DNA of 64,000 nucleotides from Lama guanicoe (lineage: Eukaryota): contig MU054129.1 in assembly GCA_013239625.1 (NCBI GenBank), positions 65,238 to 129,237 on the forward strand. Direction: 5' to 3'. Position numbers and translations under genes: made by a program. Below, piece by piece: positions 28,147 to 41,141 of this stretch (its first letter is position 1; the number at the start of each line of letters is the position of its first letter). The notes below the pieces were generated by a model. That model ran no database searches. It saw only the letters and a program-made list of their open reading frames with translations, and was not told where the DNA came from.

Positions 28147-28440
28147 CAGATAACAGGCTTAAACATGCTAAAATTGTATTTCCCTCTTACATAAAGAAGT
28201 CAAGCAATCGGTAGCCCAGGGCTGGTTTGCATGATGGCCCCTGGGTCAGAGAACAAGTTTCCTGTTATCTTCAGCCCATCAAACTGATGGCCCAAAGTGA
28301 CTGCCTGAGGGTCAGCCATCAGGTCCACATTCCAGGCAGCAGAGAGGAGGGAAGAAAGGTGCTTCAGTTCCCTTTTGGGATGGTTCTGTATAGTCCCAGG
28401 TAGCTTTCCTGCTTTTATCTTGCTTTAGACAGAGGGCTGA
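28147..28440 (-). mobile_element. old MLT1 (MaLR) LTR relic
   Basis: 'ggcttaaaca...tatttccctcttacataaagaagtc...cagggctgg...cagccatcaggtccacattccaggcagc' matches the recalled pattern of antisense MLT1J/K-type LTRs. Confidence 0.55.
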
Positions 28441-29817
28441 GAGACAGCTTGCTATGAGGTAAGCTCAACTCAGGACTAGCCACTTCCTTCGAGGGGAGGG
28501 GATGGAGTGGACGGGGAGGCACCGCTCATCCTGCACGTAGTGTAAGGCACCACGATGAGCCGCCGGGGGCCTCTGCAGTCCGTCCATTGCTTCGGGCTGC
28601 ACTGAGCAGTTGGTAACAGTTGAGATTTTCACGTAGAGCTGCGTGTATGCTGGAACAATTGCTCGGCTCATTTAAACTAGTGGCTACCAGATCACGTTGG
28701 AGAACACAGTTGTTCTCACCTTCTAGCCAGGGACCCTCCCGCCAGGTTTCTGGCCTGCTGTTCATTTCCGCGTTATTTTCCAAGACTTCTGGAGGAAATG
28801 TAAGCAGCCTGATGCTCAAATGCTTTTCTGTGTGATTCCCCCCTTGTTCTTTGAAGGAACAATAAATTGCCTAGAGAAGAGTGGACGAAATTCCAAACCT
28901 CCATTTCTTTAAAGCTCTGAGATTTGGTGTTAGGAAATAGAAGAAAATTCCAGAAACACCCTTAAGAAACATTATTTCTTTCAAATGTGATTTGGAACAG
29001 CAAAGGACAATATATTTTATAGAACAACTTTTAAGACAACTGAATTGGCAGTATGTTCACATAATGAAACTTCCAACAAGTCTTTATATTTCTCCTGGAA
29101 ATTTCTTGGTTCTTGGTGTAAATTATTAATAATTAATATCAGCTTTCTATTCTTTCTCTTCCTGTAGTTGTAGAGTTAACGTGAAAATAGCTTGTTGTGT
29201 CACTGAGAAAGCCTCCTGGTCAGCCTTCTAGTTAAACAGCTTGTGTGTGTTTTGGTGGCAGGTGTGCTGAACAGTAGTTTTCAGGCACTTGAGGGATGCC
29301 TATCACACCAGCATTGTGGGAGCCTATTTCTCACCCACAACAAGGTGAGACCCTCCTTTCCTCCGCTGCCTTGCCCAGGACCCCGCATTCTGGTTCTTTC
29401 TCACGACCCATTTTCATAAAGTTCACCCTAAACCAGCAAAGCAAGTCTTTTACTCTCAAAGACCAGGATCTTAGTTCTAGGCTTTCTGTTAAAGGACAGT
29501 GTATAAAATCAGGCAAATTTATGTCTTTTGAGGCCTCAGGATCTCCACAATTGAAACAAGAACTTCAGTTACAATACTATTCTTTTCCACATCTGAATTT
29601 CTATAACTCCACACAATAGCTTTTTTATTAATTAGCTAAAAGTTTTTCCAGAATATATTTTCCTAAGTTTCACAAATATCTGCTAATTTATATTTAAAGA
29701 TGCTATATTTAAGAAATGGAATAATTATTTACTTTTGAAAAGTAATTTAAGTCAAGAAATGTTTGATACTGAATGTTTACTATGAGTTCAAGTTTGTAAG
29801 CTTCATTTTTGTGGTAC

Positions 29818-30269
29818 TGTCAATAAACCACACAACGTGAGAGTTGTGGGTTAAGTTTTATCTTGGGCAAAATAAGGACCAGAGCCCAGGTGTCGGCATC
29901 TCAGAGAGCCCGGAGGAACTGCTCTGAAGAGGAGGGGGAGCTCAGCATTATATGAGATTTCATTGAAGGGGGACGTGCAGTCAATATACGTTAAGGCAGA
30001 GACTCCTGCTAGTCGAGGAGCAGGTGTCTCTGTTAATGATTTTAGTGCTTTTCTAGATAGGAGGAGATGCAAGAATTTGGGCTCTTAAAATTTCCTGAAA
30101 ATGTCTAACTATCTGAAGGCTTTTCTGCCCATTTTCCCAGAGCACAGAGCACCCCATTCCTGATCTCCACCCTGAAATACTTGCAGAGGGTGTTGAAGGT
30201 CAGCAGCTGCAGTGGCTCATGACTTAATCAAATCAGAGGCAGATGACAAGTGCCAATTTTTAGTTGACA
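29818..30269 (-). mobile_element. solo LTR (ERV1-like), related in R/U5 to the LTRs of the provirus at 55-62 kb
   Basis: TGTCAA...TTGACA inverted termini. The minus strand reads 'gagcagttcctccgggctctctgaga...aagataaaacttaac...ttgaca', similar to the 3' part of the LTRs at 55078 and 61990. The TSD is degenerate (gtac/atat). Confidence 0.75.
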
Positions 30270-31324
30270 ATATGTATATATTGTAGGAAAAAGTGTTGCT
30301 TTCCAACCCTACCCCTGTTTTACTTTTAGTTAGAGATCAACTGATAACTATTAGATGACTTAAGTCAGACGAGGGGGTGAAGGAGTCGTCTCTTGAGCTG
30401 CCAGTGCTCTGTGTCAGCCTCCTTGATCACATTCAATTTTCTTTCTGTTCAAACAGCATGCATCAGATTTTATGAAGTTTGGAGCCTGTCCTGAGCTCAT
30501 GGGGTCTGAAGGTGGCCCTGTTGCTGTGGTCTTTGTTTATTCTGTGAATTATGGTGTGAATATTTATGTGCCCAAGCTTCATCATAATTTCAAACTTTAA
30601 GGATTTAAATATGGGAGATGGATGCCAAGTGCTGGGAATAGATTTTCAGGATAACAGCCAGGATTGGTAAAAAGTAGGGAGAATGGGTACAGCCTTTATA
30701 AAAGAAAGGTTATTTTACAATTCTTGCAGATAAATTAAAGTCCTTGTTGGGATTCTATCAGGAAAGTTTAATTGGGAGACTTACCTCCCATTTTCATGAA
30801 ATAAAATAATTTTATTTTTTTTTTTGTGCCTGCTGTCTAGCAAATAATTATCCCCTTTGCATATAGTTTTATCGTTTAATCTCTACAAAGATTCCCTGGA
30901 GAACACACGTGTCACAGGTGAGGGAGCCAAGATCATCCAGGGTAAGTGGCAGGAAGGCAGATGGGCTGGAGGGCTTACCCTCCTTCAGGCTGAGACAGAG
31001 AAACCACGGCTTACTGACAAGCGTGTAGCTGAAGTGGTTTATTTAATACTTTGCTTCCTTGATGAATTGGATCTCTTGAAATTGTTTATGACTGGTTTAT
31101 CTTCCCCTCTCTCCTCTGCCTCAGGACTTCTCTTCGTAAGTAGTATGAATTCAGCCTGAACTGATTCAGGAAAATCAGAAAATTAAAATTTAGCCCACAC
31201 AAATGTCTGATTAGTCCTTGAAATTCAGTACTTCCTAAAACTCTCAGAGACGCAAGGAAGGTGTGTTACCTCGGGGACTGAGTGCATTTGAAGTATGAGA
31301 AATATAAGTGTGATCTGGTAATGG

Positions 31325-31520
31325 CACAGGCTCTATAGACAAAGATCCGGGTTTAGATACTGGCTCCATCAAGTACAGGAAACATGACCACCCAGAGCCT
31401 CAGTTTCTTCATGTGTTAAATGGGCTGATGGAGCTCTCCTCCAAGCTGTCAGGTCAAAATGAGATGATCCGAGTGGCTCTCAGGCAGGATGCTTGGCAAA
31501 GTGCTAGTTGCTCTTGCTGC
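31325..31520 (+). mobile_element. MIR relic
   Basis: 'ggctctatagacaaagatccgggtttagatactggctc...gagcctcagtttcttcatgtgttaaatggg'. Confidence 0.6.
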
Positions 31521-32196
31521 TTTATAATGTCTTCTTAGGTAATTCCGTTGTCCATTGGCTTGCGAATACCTACCCATTTGATTTAAGAAAAATAACATGT
31601 CTTAAGAATTTTAAAAATAAGGAATGAAGATTTACTGATTAATACTGGGTGTATTTTTATAGGTCATTTTTAAAAAAAAACTAGGAGTTCTCTAAAGAGA
31701 ATTTATTCAGTGTGCCTAGAATATGATTCAGTTAAAAATGATTTTCCTTTAAATACTTTTCAGAAATTTTCTGAGATATTTTTTCTTGAATAGTAGTTGA
31801 AGATTTCTGAGGAGGTTTTACATTTAGAAAAGTTTATTCTTGTAGCAATTGACACATTAAATAAATGATTCATAACCCTGGACAGCATAAAGCCCTGGCT
31901 TTGTTTTTTAATATGAATAATTTTGCTGGTTATTTCTATGACATTTTATTGGGTAGAAATATCTCCCATTTCCATTTCATAGGCAGAGAAGATGAGTCAT
32001 ACGATACTCAGTATACAAAAGCAGCAGAGGCTGATTAATTTGGGCAGAAGAGTAAAAGGGTGTGGAGAAAAAAATCCTTGATTCTCAAACTGGACACATT
32101 CTGCAGTGCTGTGCAGCTGAAACGGTTTTGATTTTGCTTCTGGGTTGTCCTAGGTTTCGGCGCATGTGCCTGGAAAGGTCTCTCGGCAAAGATGCT

Positions 32197-32240
32197 TATT
32201 TAAGAAGGTTGTCATTGTATTTAAGAAGGTTGTCATTGTA
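32197..32240 (+). repeat. perfect 21-bp tandem duplication
   Basis: tatttaagaaggttgtcattg occurs twice in tandem. Confidence 0.9.
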
Positions 32241-35057
32241 AGTGCTCTTAAGAGGATTAAACAAATTCCATAGGAAATAAAAGAACATGTTTTGAAGGTT
32301 TTCCACCCTCAAGTAATTTCCAGAAAACAGACATGATTCACCCGCTAAACCAAACACACAGGTATAATAACGAGCCTGGCTCACATGACTGGGCAGCACG
32401 GAGGGATCCTCATCTATTGGCGTGGGTTACGCTGCAGGAACCACACCTGAAATTTTAATCAAAATTTATTTCCAGCGAGTGCTGCTTCCGCGTTTTTCTC
32501 CCCAAAGTAAGGAAGCGCCCTCCTTGCCTGGCCATTAGTCTGCAGAGCCCCACGGCTCACACACTTCCCTGCTCATCAGGAGGCTGATGGAGCCAGTTTG
32601 CTTAGACACACTTAGCTACACTCGCAGCGGGGATCATCAGTCTTTTCTGTGTGTTGACCTCCACGTGCAGGGGAGAAAATCGACTTTTGCTGCCGATAAA
32701 CGCTAATTGACAACCAGTTGTTTCAGAGGGACAGTGATGTTGAAAACTGGTGTCCCTTTCATTTTTATATGTTGGATGCTGACAAATGGCATGGCGACAC
32801 CCCCACTGTAAGTACACCCACAAGGGAGGGTGTCGGAGTTTGAATCTGTGTGTTTTAGTACTCAGATCCTGGCACTGTTCAGCTTTCAGTGTTCTCGCTG
32901 GGATTGGGAGACTATTTCTGGAGCGATTTCGTTGGCTTCCAATAAATTTGCACAGCTGTCTCCTTCAGTTGAGTTCTGATGAGTTGAGTTGGGAGGGGCA
33001 TGAGAAATTGGGGCGGGCAGAGATGTGCGATGAAAACTAGCCACCATCTGGTTACCTCTCATTTTTTGTGGGCCAAAAATTCTTGTCTTCTTTTCTTTTC
33101 TCCTCCATCCATCCCTTCAGGTCAGAGAGTCTTCTTCAAGAATTTCTTCCTAAAATGTAAAGTAAGGATGAAGGCAGTGTGTTTCTGTGGTTGATTTCAT
33201 TTGATTTGGGTTCATTGTTAAAGATTTTCTGGTGAGGTTCTTATGTGCCCTTAAAAGCTGGAAGAGCAGCAATACCAATGGGAGAAAGTCAGAGAAACGT
33301 GTCAGGGGCCCCTGTGAGGTCTGGGGGACGAGGGCAGGAGGTGGGGCAGAGGCAGCCACCCTGGCCCCCCCTGCAACCCTCAGGGCAACTTGCGCATGTA
33401 AAGCCAGCGTCTCTTGTCACCATGTGTTCTAACAGGATTCCCACAAAAGGAATGCGTGGAGATTTGGGGAGGCCTTACCTTTTACCCTCTTGTCAAACAT
33501 CTTTAATGCTGACTGTATTTATTCAAGATGACACAGAGATCACCTGCAGAACTTGAGGGAGCGGTGCTTGCTTCCTGTCTTGCCCGCCCCAGGCTCACTC
33601 ATCAGACTCCTGATTCTTGCAGGCACTGCAGTGCCCGTGGGGGCAGCTCTGCTCCTGTGGGGGGAGCTCTGCTCCTCGGGGAGCTGGGCACGGGGGTGCT
33701 CACATTGGAGCCGGTCGCAACAGCGCTGATCCCTCTCCACGTGTTGAGCCCTTTGTGTAAGTAGTAGAGGTGGGATCCAGAGTCTTTCTATGTCTACGGA
33801 GTTCTCCAGTAAAGCCAACTTGGAGGAAAGAAAGAAAATGCCTACTGTTTCAAGACTGTGTCCTAAGGGTTTAAAGCTCACTGTGGAGCACACGTGAGAT
33901 CTCATCCAGTAAATACTCTGGGATCTTGACTCTGACTTGTCATGAATTTGGCATTCTAATAATGTTATTTCTCTTAAAATATGTCTAAACAATCATTTTT
34001 GTGTGATGGTTATGTGTCCGTAAGTGTCCTGAAGAAACTGCTGTGGATGGAAGGGTGGCATCAGTGGTATCAGAAGGGCTGGTGGTCCTGGGGGCTGCTC
34101 GAGCTCCGCACCATTTGTTACCAGCAGGCTTTCAGATTGCATCTTATTCCAGAGCTCACCGGGGCTCCCATCTCTCACTATGTGTCTTGAGAGAATATTT
34201 GTTCAGAGGGGAGGGGACAGGGTGCTTCCAAGTCTGGGTTTTGGGGTTCACTGTCTAAAGGTGGCACTGGCACAAATCCTTTATTCATGGAATAATGAAG
34301 CCCCCCAGTCTCGTGGCTAATTGGGCCTCCCTGTCCTTCTTCATGTGAGGAGTCGGAGGGCTTGGGTCAGGCCCCCAAACCTGTTTTTGGTGAGCTTTCA
34401 GCCCTATCACACCACCTGGGTTGTCCCGTTTCAGTCACATGACTTTGATTTTTGCAGGTAGGTGTGACTCCTGGACAGTGCCTGGGACTTCCAGGTTTCC
34501 CCTACAATAGGGGCACTGAAGAATGTTCACCCCGTAAGGTGTGTTCGTGGGCAGGGACCCACAATGTCTGGATGGGTGGCGATCAGGACCGAGTCTTGGA
34601 AGAACAGAGATTCCATTACTGTTTTAACAGTGAAATTGAGGGAGTAATTCTGGAAGGTCTGATGCAACTGAGATTAAAATTGTTATACGGTTTTTATTGT
34701 TAGCAGTAGTGGTTTTTAACCCTAAGACCCACTCCCCCCTGTTTATAATAAATATTTTGTAACCTTTCTTTTCCGGTGCCCAGTAGTGAACGTCATAGAA
34801 AATGTAACCTAACTATAAATATGATAAACAAATAGACAGGTAGATGGAAAGATGTGGTACCTAAATTCTTATATTATGGGGTATTTTATATTCTATGCTA
34901 ATTAGTAACCTCTCAGGACAAAAGGCACATACAAAGGGAGTCACTTCTAATAAACTATTTTTCCAAGCCTTACCTAACTGGGAAACAAGTGGCTTCACAA
35001 TGTTAGAGCACTTCCCAGGTCCCCGGGGAAATCTTGTCAGAGTTACACTTGCTGTAG

Positions 35058-35210
35058 GTGTCCAGTGCCAAGTGTAAGCAGAAGCGGTTCGGAAGCTGCC
35101 CGGAGGCGGACTCCGGGGATTCCTTCTCCGTCGCAGCTGTCAGGGAGCCTTGCCTTTCCTGACCACAACCACAGAGGAGATTTTAAGTCTCTGAAAACTG
35201 CCATATCAGA
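35058..35210 (+). CDS. candidate coding exon of an unidentified gene (153 nt, phase 2-2)
   Basis: tgtag|G acceptor, locally CpG-rich open frame CPVPSVSRSGSEAARRRTPGIPSPSQLSGSLAFPDHNHRGDFKSLKTAIS, weak donor GA|gtatat. The phase matches the next candidate exon. No homolog recognised. Confidence 0.25.
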
Positions 35211-35428
35211 GTATATCACAACCCTCACAAGATATGTTGAATAAAGTAGAAAACTTTAAGTGACTCCTTTAGGATAGAACTAGGGTATAAAAGAAATAAT
35301 GAATTAAAAATTCTAGTGCCCAAATAAGTGCTACATTACACTGGCTGCATTATTAGGTTAGATAACTTCATTATCACTTTACATACCACATCTTGTAGTT
35401 AGATATTATTTCTCTTTTTTTCCTAAAG

Positions 35429-35504
35429 AAAAAATCATTTGTTGAGTTCTTGTGTCAGAGGTGACGAGCAGAGAGCAAGTGTAAAACCAGGAATCGTGAT
35501 GCTG
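35429..35504 (+). CDS. candidate coding exon of an unidentified gene (76 nt)
   Basis: Strong acceptor 'ttatttctctttttttcctaaag|', open frame KNHLLSSCVRGDEQRASVKPGIVML, donor CTG|gtcagt. Confidence 0.35.
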
Positions 35505-36724
35505 GTCAGTCTAAGACCATCTCCGTCACTGCACAGATCATATTTACTTATTTTACTGCACTTTTTGGAATCACCTTCTCACTTGGAAAAACCCCTGTGT
35601 CAATTGGATTTGTTAGTAAAACTATTCTTTTTCTTACCTAGAACAACAGTGATGTTTTCAAGATGATAAAAAAAATTTGCCCAGGGCATTTAAACAGTTG
35701 CTTGTTCTCATAATTCATGGCTCACGGTCTCATATTTGTCACAATTGGAGAACTATATTTTCTTTGTGGAAATTCTCATTGCTTTGGTGACGCAGGGACA
35801 CGTGTCCTTACTTGATGGAGTATGATTGTTGTTGTTTGCATTCTCTCCCTAAATCTGGAATCCTGTGTTATGTTTCCTGTTAACTTAAAAAATAGGAATG
35901 TTGTTATTTGCCTAAATATCTAACCTCACACCAGTGATGCATATCAAATTGGTCCAACTAGGAATTCCAATATTAAATGAGACAGTAATTTCACAACCCA
36001 CTTTTCCAAAAATTTGGATTGATGGTTCAATTATATCAGGGACATTAGCTGTTTAATTGAATCAAACATTGCTTTCTTCAATAAAAGTTTCCATTCCATC
36101 TGCTCTTTTGGTTTACTGTTCTTCAGTGTTTCATTTGCTTTCTTTCCCAAAAATATATGAATTTGGCTTTTGTCATTGAAAATCCTTGCTGGTTTTGCTA
36201 CCTCATGCTGGAGAGAAGGCTTGTGACTGTTTTATAGTCACTGGTTTCATGGTTGTATGAGTGCTTAATGCCATCTTGCACGGGTGTGGAGACCTAATGT
36301 ATTGTGTACATAAAAGGCTTAGTCTACACTGAGTGCAGGGTTAGTGTTCGCAGCCCATGTCATCAGTATCATAATTAATCCATTACAATCATCCTCTATT
36401 AATCAGTGTTATCCTTCTAACGTCTCCAGGAGAGGAAATGTTTTAGTCTAAATGCAAATCTTTGCCTAACTTTCAGTCAATTCAAAACCTTTAAAGCTTT
36501 GCTGTCAATAGGACTGTGTGCCTGCTATCCCTACTTCTGCTCCTCCTGACCCTGGACGTGGTCTCCAGGGCTGATGATCCACGAGACACTGGATTCTTGA
36601 TCCCATGGCTCTGTGTGTTCTGAGACATCTGGAGACTTCAGCACTGTTTTAGGGGCATTGGGTCCCACCTCTTCATAGCATTGCTGAGATGAGGTCTGTG
36701 GGCTCACCCTCATTCTTGAGTGTA

Positions 36725-36930
36725 CGATGCATTTTTTCTAGAACCAAAACAACCCCACCGTGGCAGCACTGCTTTGACCACGTGCTGGGACAGCATGTGC
36801 TTATCAGTTCTTGGGTTTAAATTTTCTGTTCTAACTTCTAAAATGGGGTATATTGACAGATACACTCCATGTAAACAGAAGCTCTGTGGGGTTTTCAGCA
36901 ACTTCTAAGAGCATAAATATTCCTGAAGCA
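36725..36930. mobile_element. hAT-like DNA transposon relic
   Basis: 'taaacagaagctctgtggggttttcagcaacttctaagagcataaatattcctga' resembles a recalled MER/hAT subterminal motif. Confidence 0.4.
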
Positions 36931-37434
36931 GCTAACCTTCCTCCCAACCATTGAGGAGCAGGCCGGCAAGTCCTGGGTGCCTGTGGCGGCCAAGCTGTGC
37001 AGCCCAGGCTGCTCACTGAGGCGCAAGGAGAAAATCTTAAAAACCTACTTCCATGCTGTCTTTCACAGAATCTCAGAAATGAATGTTTTAATATCTAAAG
37101 AGGGGTGTTTTTTTAAATAAATTATTTATTTTTTTCCTTTTTCAGTTTTATTAGGTAGAATTAATACAGTTCAACTTCACATACACATATTGCAAGTAAA
37201 TACATGTATAGAGTATACTGCATTTTTTAGTTTACATATATGTACTAATTATTGTTTCTAAGAACAGATTAGAGCTTTAGATTTTTTAAATTACAGTTAC
37301 CAGAGGAATAAAGACATCTAGAAAAGAATAATAAACAGAATATGGTAATCCAATCACAAAGGAAAGTCAGATGTGCTTACATATATTCAAGAAATCAAAA
37401 TAATATTTAGTTCATTTGTGGTCTTATTATTATT

Positions 37435-37640
37435 GCTATTAATTTTAGATTCCCCATAAATGAAGTCATGTGGCATTTTTCTTTCTCTTTCCACCCCACT
37501 TCACTTAGAATGACAGACTTCAGGTCCATCCATGTTGCTGCAAATGGCATCTTTTATGGCTGAGTAGTAGTCCATTGTATATATGTATCACCTCATCTTT
37601 ATCCAGTCATGTGCTGATGGACATTTGTGTTGTTTCTAAC
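37435..37640 (-). mobile_element. L1 3' region fragment
   Basis: 'ttcacttagaatgaca...caggtccatccatgttgctgcaaatggcat...ttttatggctgagtagtagtccattgtatata', antisense L1 ORF2 end/3' UTR. Confidence 0.8.
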
Positions 37641-38440
37641 TTCCTTGTTCTATGTCCCTTCTGGCAACAATTATGGATTTTAAATATTTTCCACCTTAAA
37701 ATCCTTCCTGAAGGAGATGTGGTAACTGGAATCAAAAACAATTACAGCACAGGGTCGTGTGTGATGGGCCCTGGGGGCTTGGTAGAAAGGTTGGCAGAAA
37801 GGATTTCAGATTCTGATCAAATGATTCCTCCTCTTGTAGCCCTGCTGACCGCCTCTCTCACGGTCTGCCCTAGAAGTCTGACCAGTCCCTTCTGTGAATC
37901 CTACTGTATTGTGCACAAATTTTGTCCAATTGCTGTCATCCAGCAGGGACCTTAAGTGAGGGACCCAAGCTCCTGTGTTGGTTTCTTCCATCAGCCCTTA
38001 ACTTCCTTGGGAGCCAGGACTGTCTCATTGCCCCAAGGATCCCTAATGCCTAGTGAGATGCCTGATACAGCTGGTACTTAACGAGCACATCGGTCAAATG
38101 GAAAAACCTGAACAAAGAAAAGGCCCTCATTTTTCAGACATGCCTACTTGAGTACATAGGGTAAAACGACATGTCTTCTTGGATTTGCTGTCAAATAGTT
38201 TAACAAAGGACAAATAAAAGAACAAAGGTCTGAATAAAGGAAATATGGAAAAGTTTGTGAATTCCTTAATCTGGGTGATGGGCTTATTGTACTATACTTA
38301 CTGACGGATACTTAAGTTAGTTTATAATGTTACTGTCATTAGCTGAATAGCAAGTATTAATACGTATTAATTGAAATCCTTAGAACTGACCAAACTTACC
38401 CCACACAAAATCATTAATATCCTAGTAGTTTGTCTTACAG

Positions 38441-38542
38441 AAATCTTTTCCCGCAAAGACAGGAAAAAAGGGAAAGGTAGATCCGTGCAGTATTTCCAAG
38501 TTGTCAAAAGACCAAAGTCCGACACAAAAGAAGAGATTGTAG
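38441..38542 (+). CDS. candidate terminal coding exon of an unidentified gene
   Basis: Acceptor 'tttgtcttacag|'. The phase-0 frame reads KSFPAKTGKKGKVDPCSISKLSKDQSPTQKKRL*, and another frame is also open to 38595. AATAAA at 38667-38672. Confidence 0.35.
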   Translation, partial: KSFPAKTGKKGKVDPCSISKLSKDQSPTQKKRL

Positions 38543-39869
38543 AAAAGATAAAAAGGCTGAAATCAATGTCCGGAAAACCTAGCTACGAATCCTAAATGGC
38601 CCAACTTAACTAACCTCAGCACTGCTGCATCAAGAATGGGGCAAATAACACCTAGTGGATTTTTTTAATAAATAAATAATGATCCAGTTCCTACCACAGG
38701 CAATTATAATAAGACTGAGTACAAGTTCTAACAACAAATATTGTACAAATCATAATTTCTACTTGATTCAAACTGATTCTTCTTATAAAATTTGAATCTT
38801 TTTATTCTTATGACAGATTTGTGGCATATGACCTAGTGATAAAATTTTCAACTGGCTTGTATTAAAAAAGTTCACCATAGTGAGAGTTTATTACATCAAC
38901 TATTCCTTATTGGGAAACCCATGTGCCTTGTCACTCTCTTTCATAAGATTTCCTGTGGAAAATTCAATCCTTCATTCAGGAAAAGGCTGAGCAATATTTC
39001 TCATGGAAAATCTTCATAAACTGCAACACAAGAAAATGAAAATGACTGTGAGCAGCCCGTGAAGCCGGCAGACACACACAGCTCATGGCTGTGTTCCCGC
39101 CTCATCTTTGCGTAACCAGCAGGGAAAATGTGCATTTCAAGAAATAGACATAAACTCTTTTTAGGACCTGAGCACACAATTTCCCTTTCAGGGTTTAGTG
39201 GGCTTCCATTTAATTCTATGAGAAATGTTTAAAAAAAAAGAACAACTGCTGAGATAGGGTTTAAAGTAAATTTTATGTCTTAGTGAAAATAAAGCCAACT
39301 GATAGTTATCACTTTTACTTTATTTGATCTCACTCTCTTACTTTACCTCCCCAACCTCCTCCACAATATGGTGGTGAACATCCCCTCCTGGTTCAGAAGG
39401 CGAAGTAGAAATTACCAATCACATGGAGGTGAGCTTTGTTGTTTTATTTTTCAAAACAAACAAGTTTCATTCATGTGATTTAATAATTAAGATCAGAAAC
39501 AAATTCTACTCAATAAATGGTAGCCAACACATGTTGTCATAGCTGCTCATCAGCTTTGGCCCCACGTTACACACTTTTACATGGACATGTGCCATGTGCT
39601 GTCATGGGAAACGGTGAGTGGGGACAGGGCCTCTACTCTCACAGGGCACACAGCCTGGTGGGGGAGGCGGTGTTCAATCATTGCCCTTTTGTTTTAATGT
39701 ACTTACAAATTATAGGAAATGCTATTTAAAAAGAACAAAATGAGTCAATGAAAGTGAAAAATACAAGGACAGTATTTAGGCTGAGGGAAGACAGGGAACC
39801 TCTTTGAAGGGCTGGCACTACACTGAGACCCAGAGGACAACTCTGATGCTGCAGGTGAAGGGCAGGGAC

Positions 39870-40855
39870 ACACTGATAAAGGACTGATATCCAGAATATA
39901 CCAAAATTTCTTTAAACTCAACAAGAAGGATGAATAACCTGATTAAAAATGAGCAAAACGCCTGAACACACACCTCATCAAAGAAGAAATCTAGATGCCA
40001 AAGAAGTCTATGGAAAGATGCTCCACAGCATCTGTCATCAAGGGGATGTAGACTGAAACAGCGAGGTATCACTGCACACCTGTCAGAACTGCCAAAACGC
40101 AGAACACTGACAGCACCGAATGCTGGTGACGATGTGGAGCATCAGGAATTCTCATTCATTGATGGTGGGAATGTAAAATGGCCCAGATACTTTTGAAGAC
40201 GGTCTGACAATTTTTTACAAAGCTAAACATACTCCTAACACATGATCTGGTAACTGTGCTCCTTGGTGTTTACTCGACGAAATGGAAACATGTCCACACA
40301 CAAATCTGCATACAGATGTTAATAGCAGCTTTATTCATAATCTCCAGAACTCAGAAGCAACTAAGCTGTTCTTCAGTAGGTGAATGGATAAACTCTGGTC
40401 CAGCCAGAAAATGGACTATTATTTGGTGCTAAAATGAAATGAAATGAGTTATCATGGAAAGACATGGAGGAACCTTAAATGCATATTACTAAGTGAAAGA
40501 AGCCAATCTGGGAAGGTTCTGCAACTGTCTCATTCCAACTGTATGGTGTTCTGGGGAAGACAAAACCACAGAGACTAAAAGATCAGTGGCTGTCAGAGGC
40601 TAGAGGGGAAGGAGCAATGAATGAGGTGCAGCATGGAGCATTTTAAGGTCACTAAGACAGATTACTCTGTATAATGATGTGATGGTGGATACATGTCATT
40701 GCACATCTGTCCAAACCCACAGAGAGCAGACGACCAAGTGTAAATCCTAGTGTCAAGTATGGGCTCTGGGTGATGATGACGTGTCAGTTTAAGTTCACCC
40801 ATTGTCACAAATGCACGCTCTGGTGCAGGTGTCAATAGTGAGGAGGCTGTGGGGA
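39870..40855 (+). mobile_element. old L1M (L1MB/MC-like) ORF2 end and 3' UTR
   Basis: 'ctgataaaggactgatatccagaatata...cagctttattcataat...ggtgaatggataaac...atggaggaaccttaaatgcatattactaagtgaaagaagccaatctg'. Confidence 0.85.
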
Positions 40856-40859
40856 CAAA

Positions 40860-41046
40860 CTGCAGTTCATACACCCAATCCAGCCCCAGCCACCGCTGTT
40901 AATAAAGCTCTGTGTGTGTGTGGACTGTCCGGGTGCTCTGGCATCTGAACAGCAGAGCTGAGCAGCTGCACCAGACATCAGGAGGTTTGCAGACCCTGAA
41001 ATATTTACTCCCAAGCCCTTGACAGAAAAAGTTTGCTGAGCCCTTT
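40860..41046. mobile_element. MER58-like hAT-Charlie MITE
   Basis: Ends with 'cctgaaatatttactc...cccttgacagaaaaagtttgctgagccct', the typical MER58 terminus. Confidence 0.65.
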
Positions 41047-41141
41047 TCTGCACGAATCAGAATTCACCCTGATGAGACAGGACAGCAGGGCCCAAAACAG
41101 GCATGGTTAATGGGACTGAAGCAATGTTTTAGTTCCAAAAC

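Noticed and set aside
28465..28835. CpG-containing overlapping ORFs
   Set aside because: No recognisable homology or consistent splice structure.
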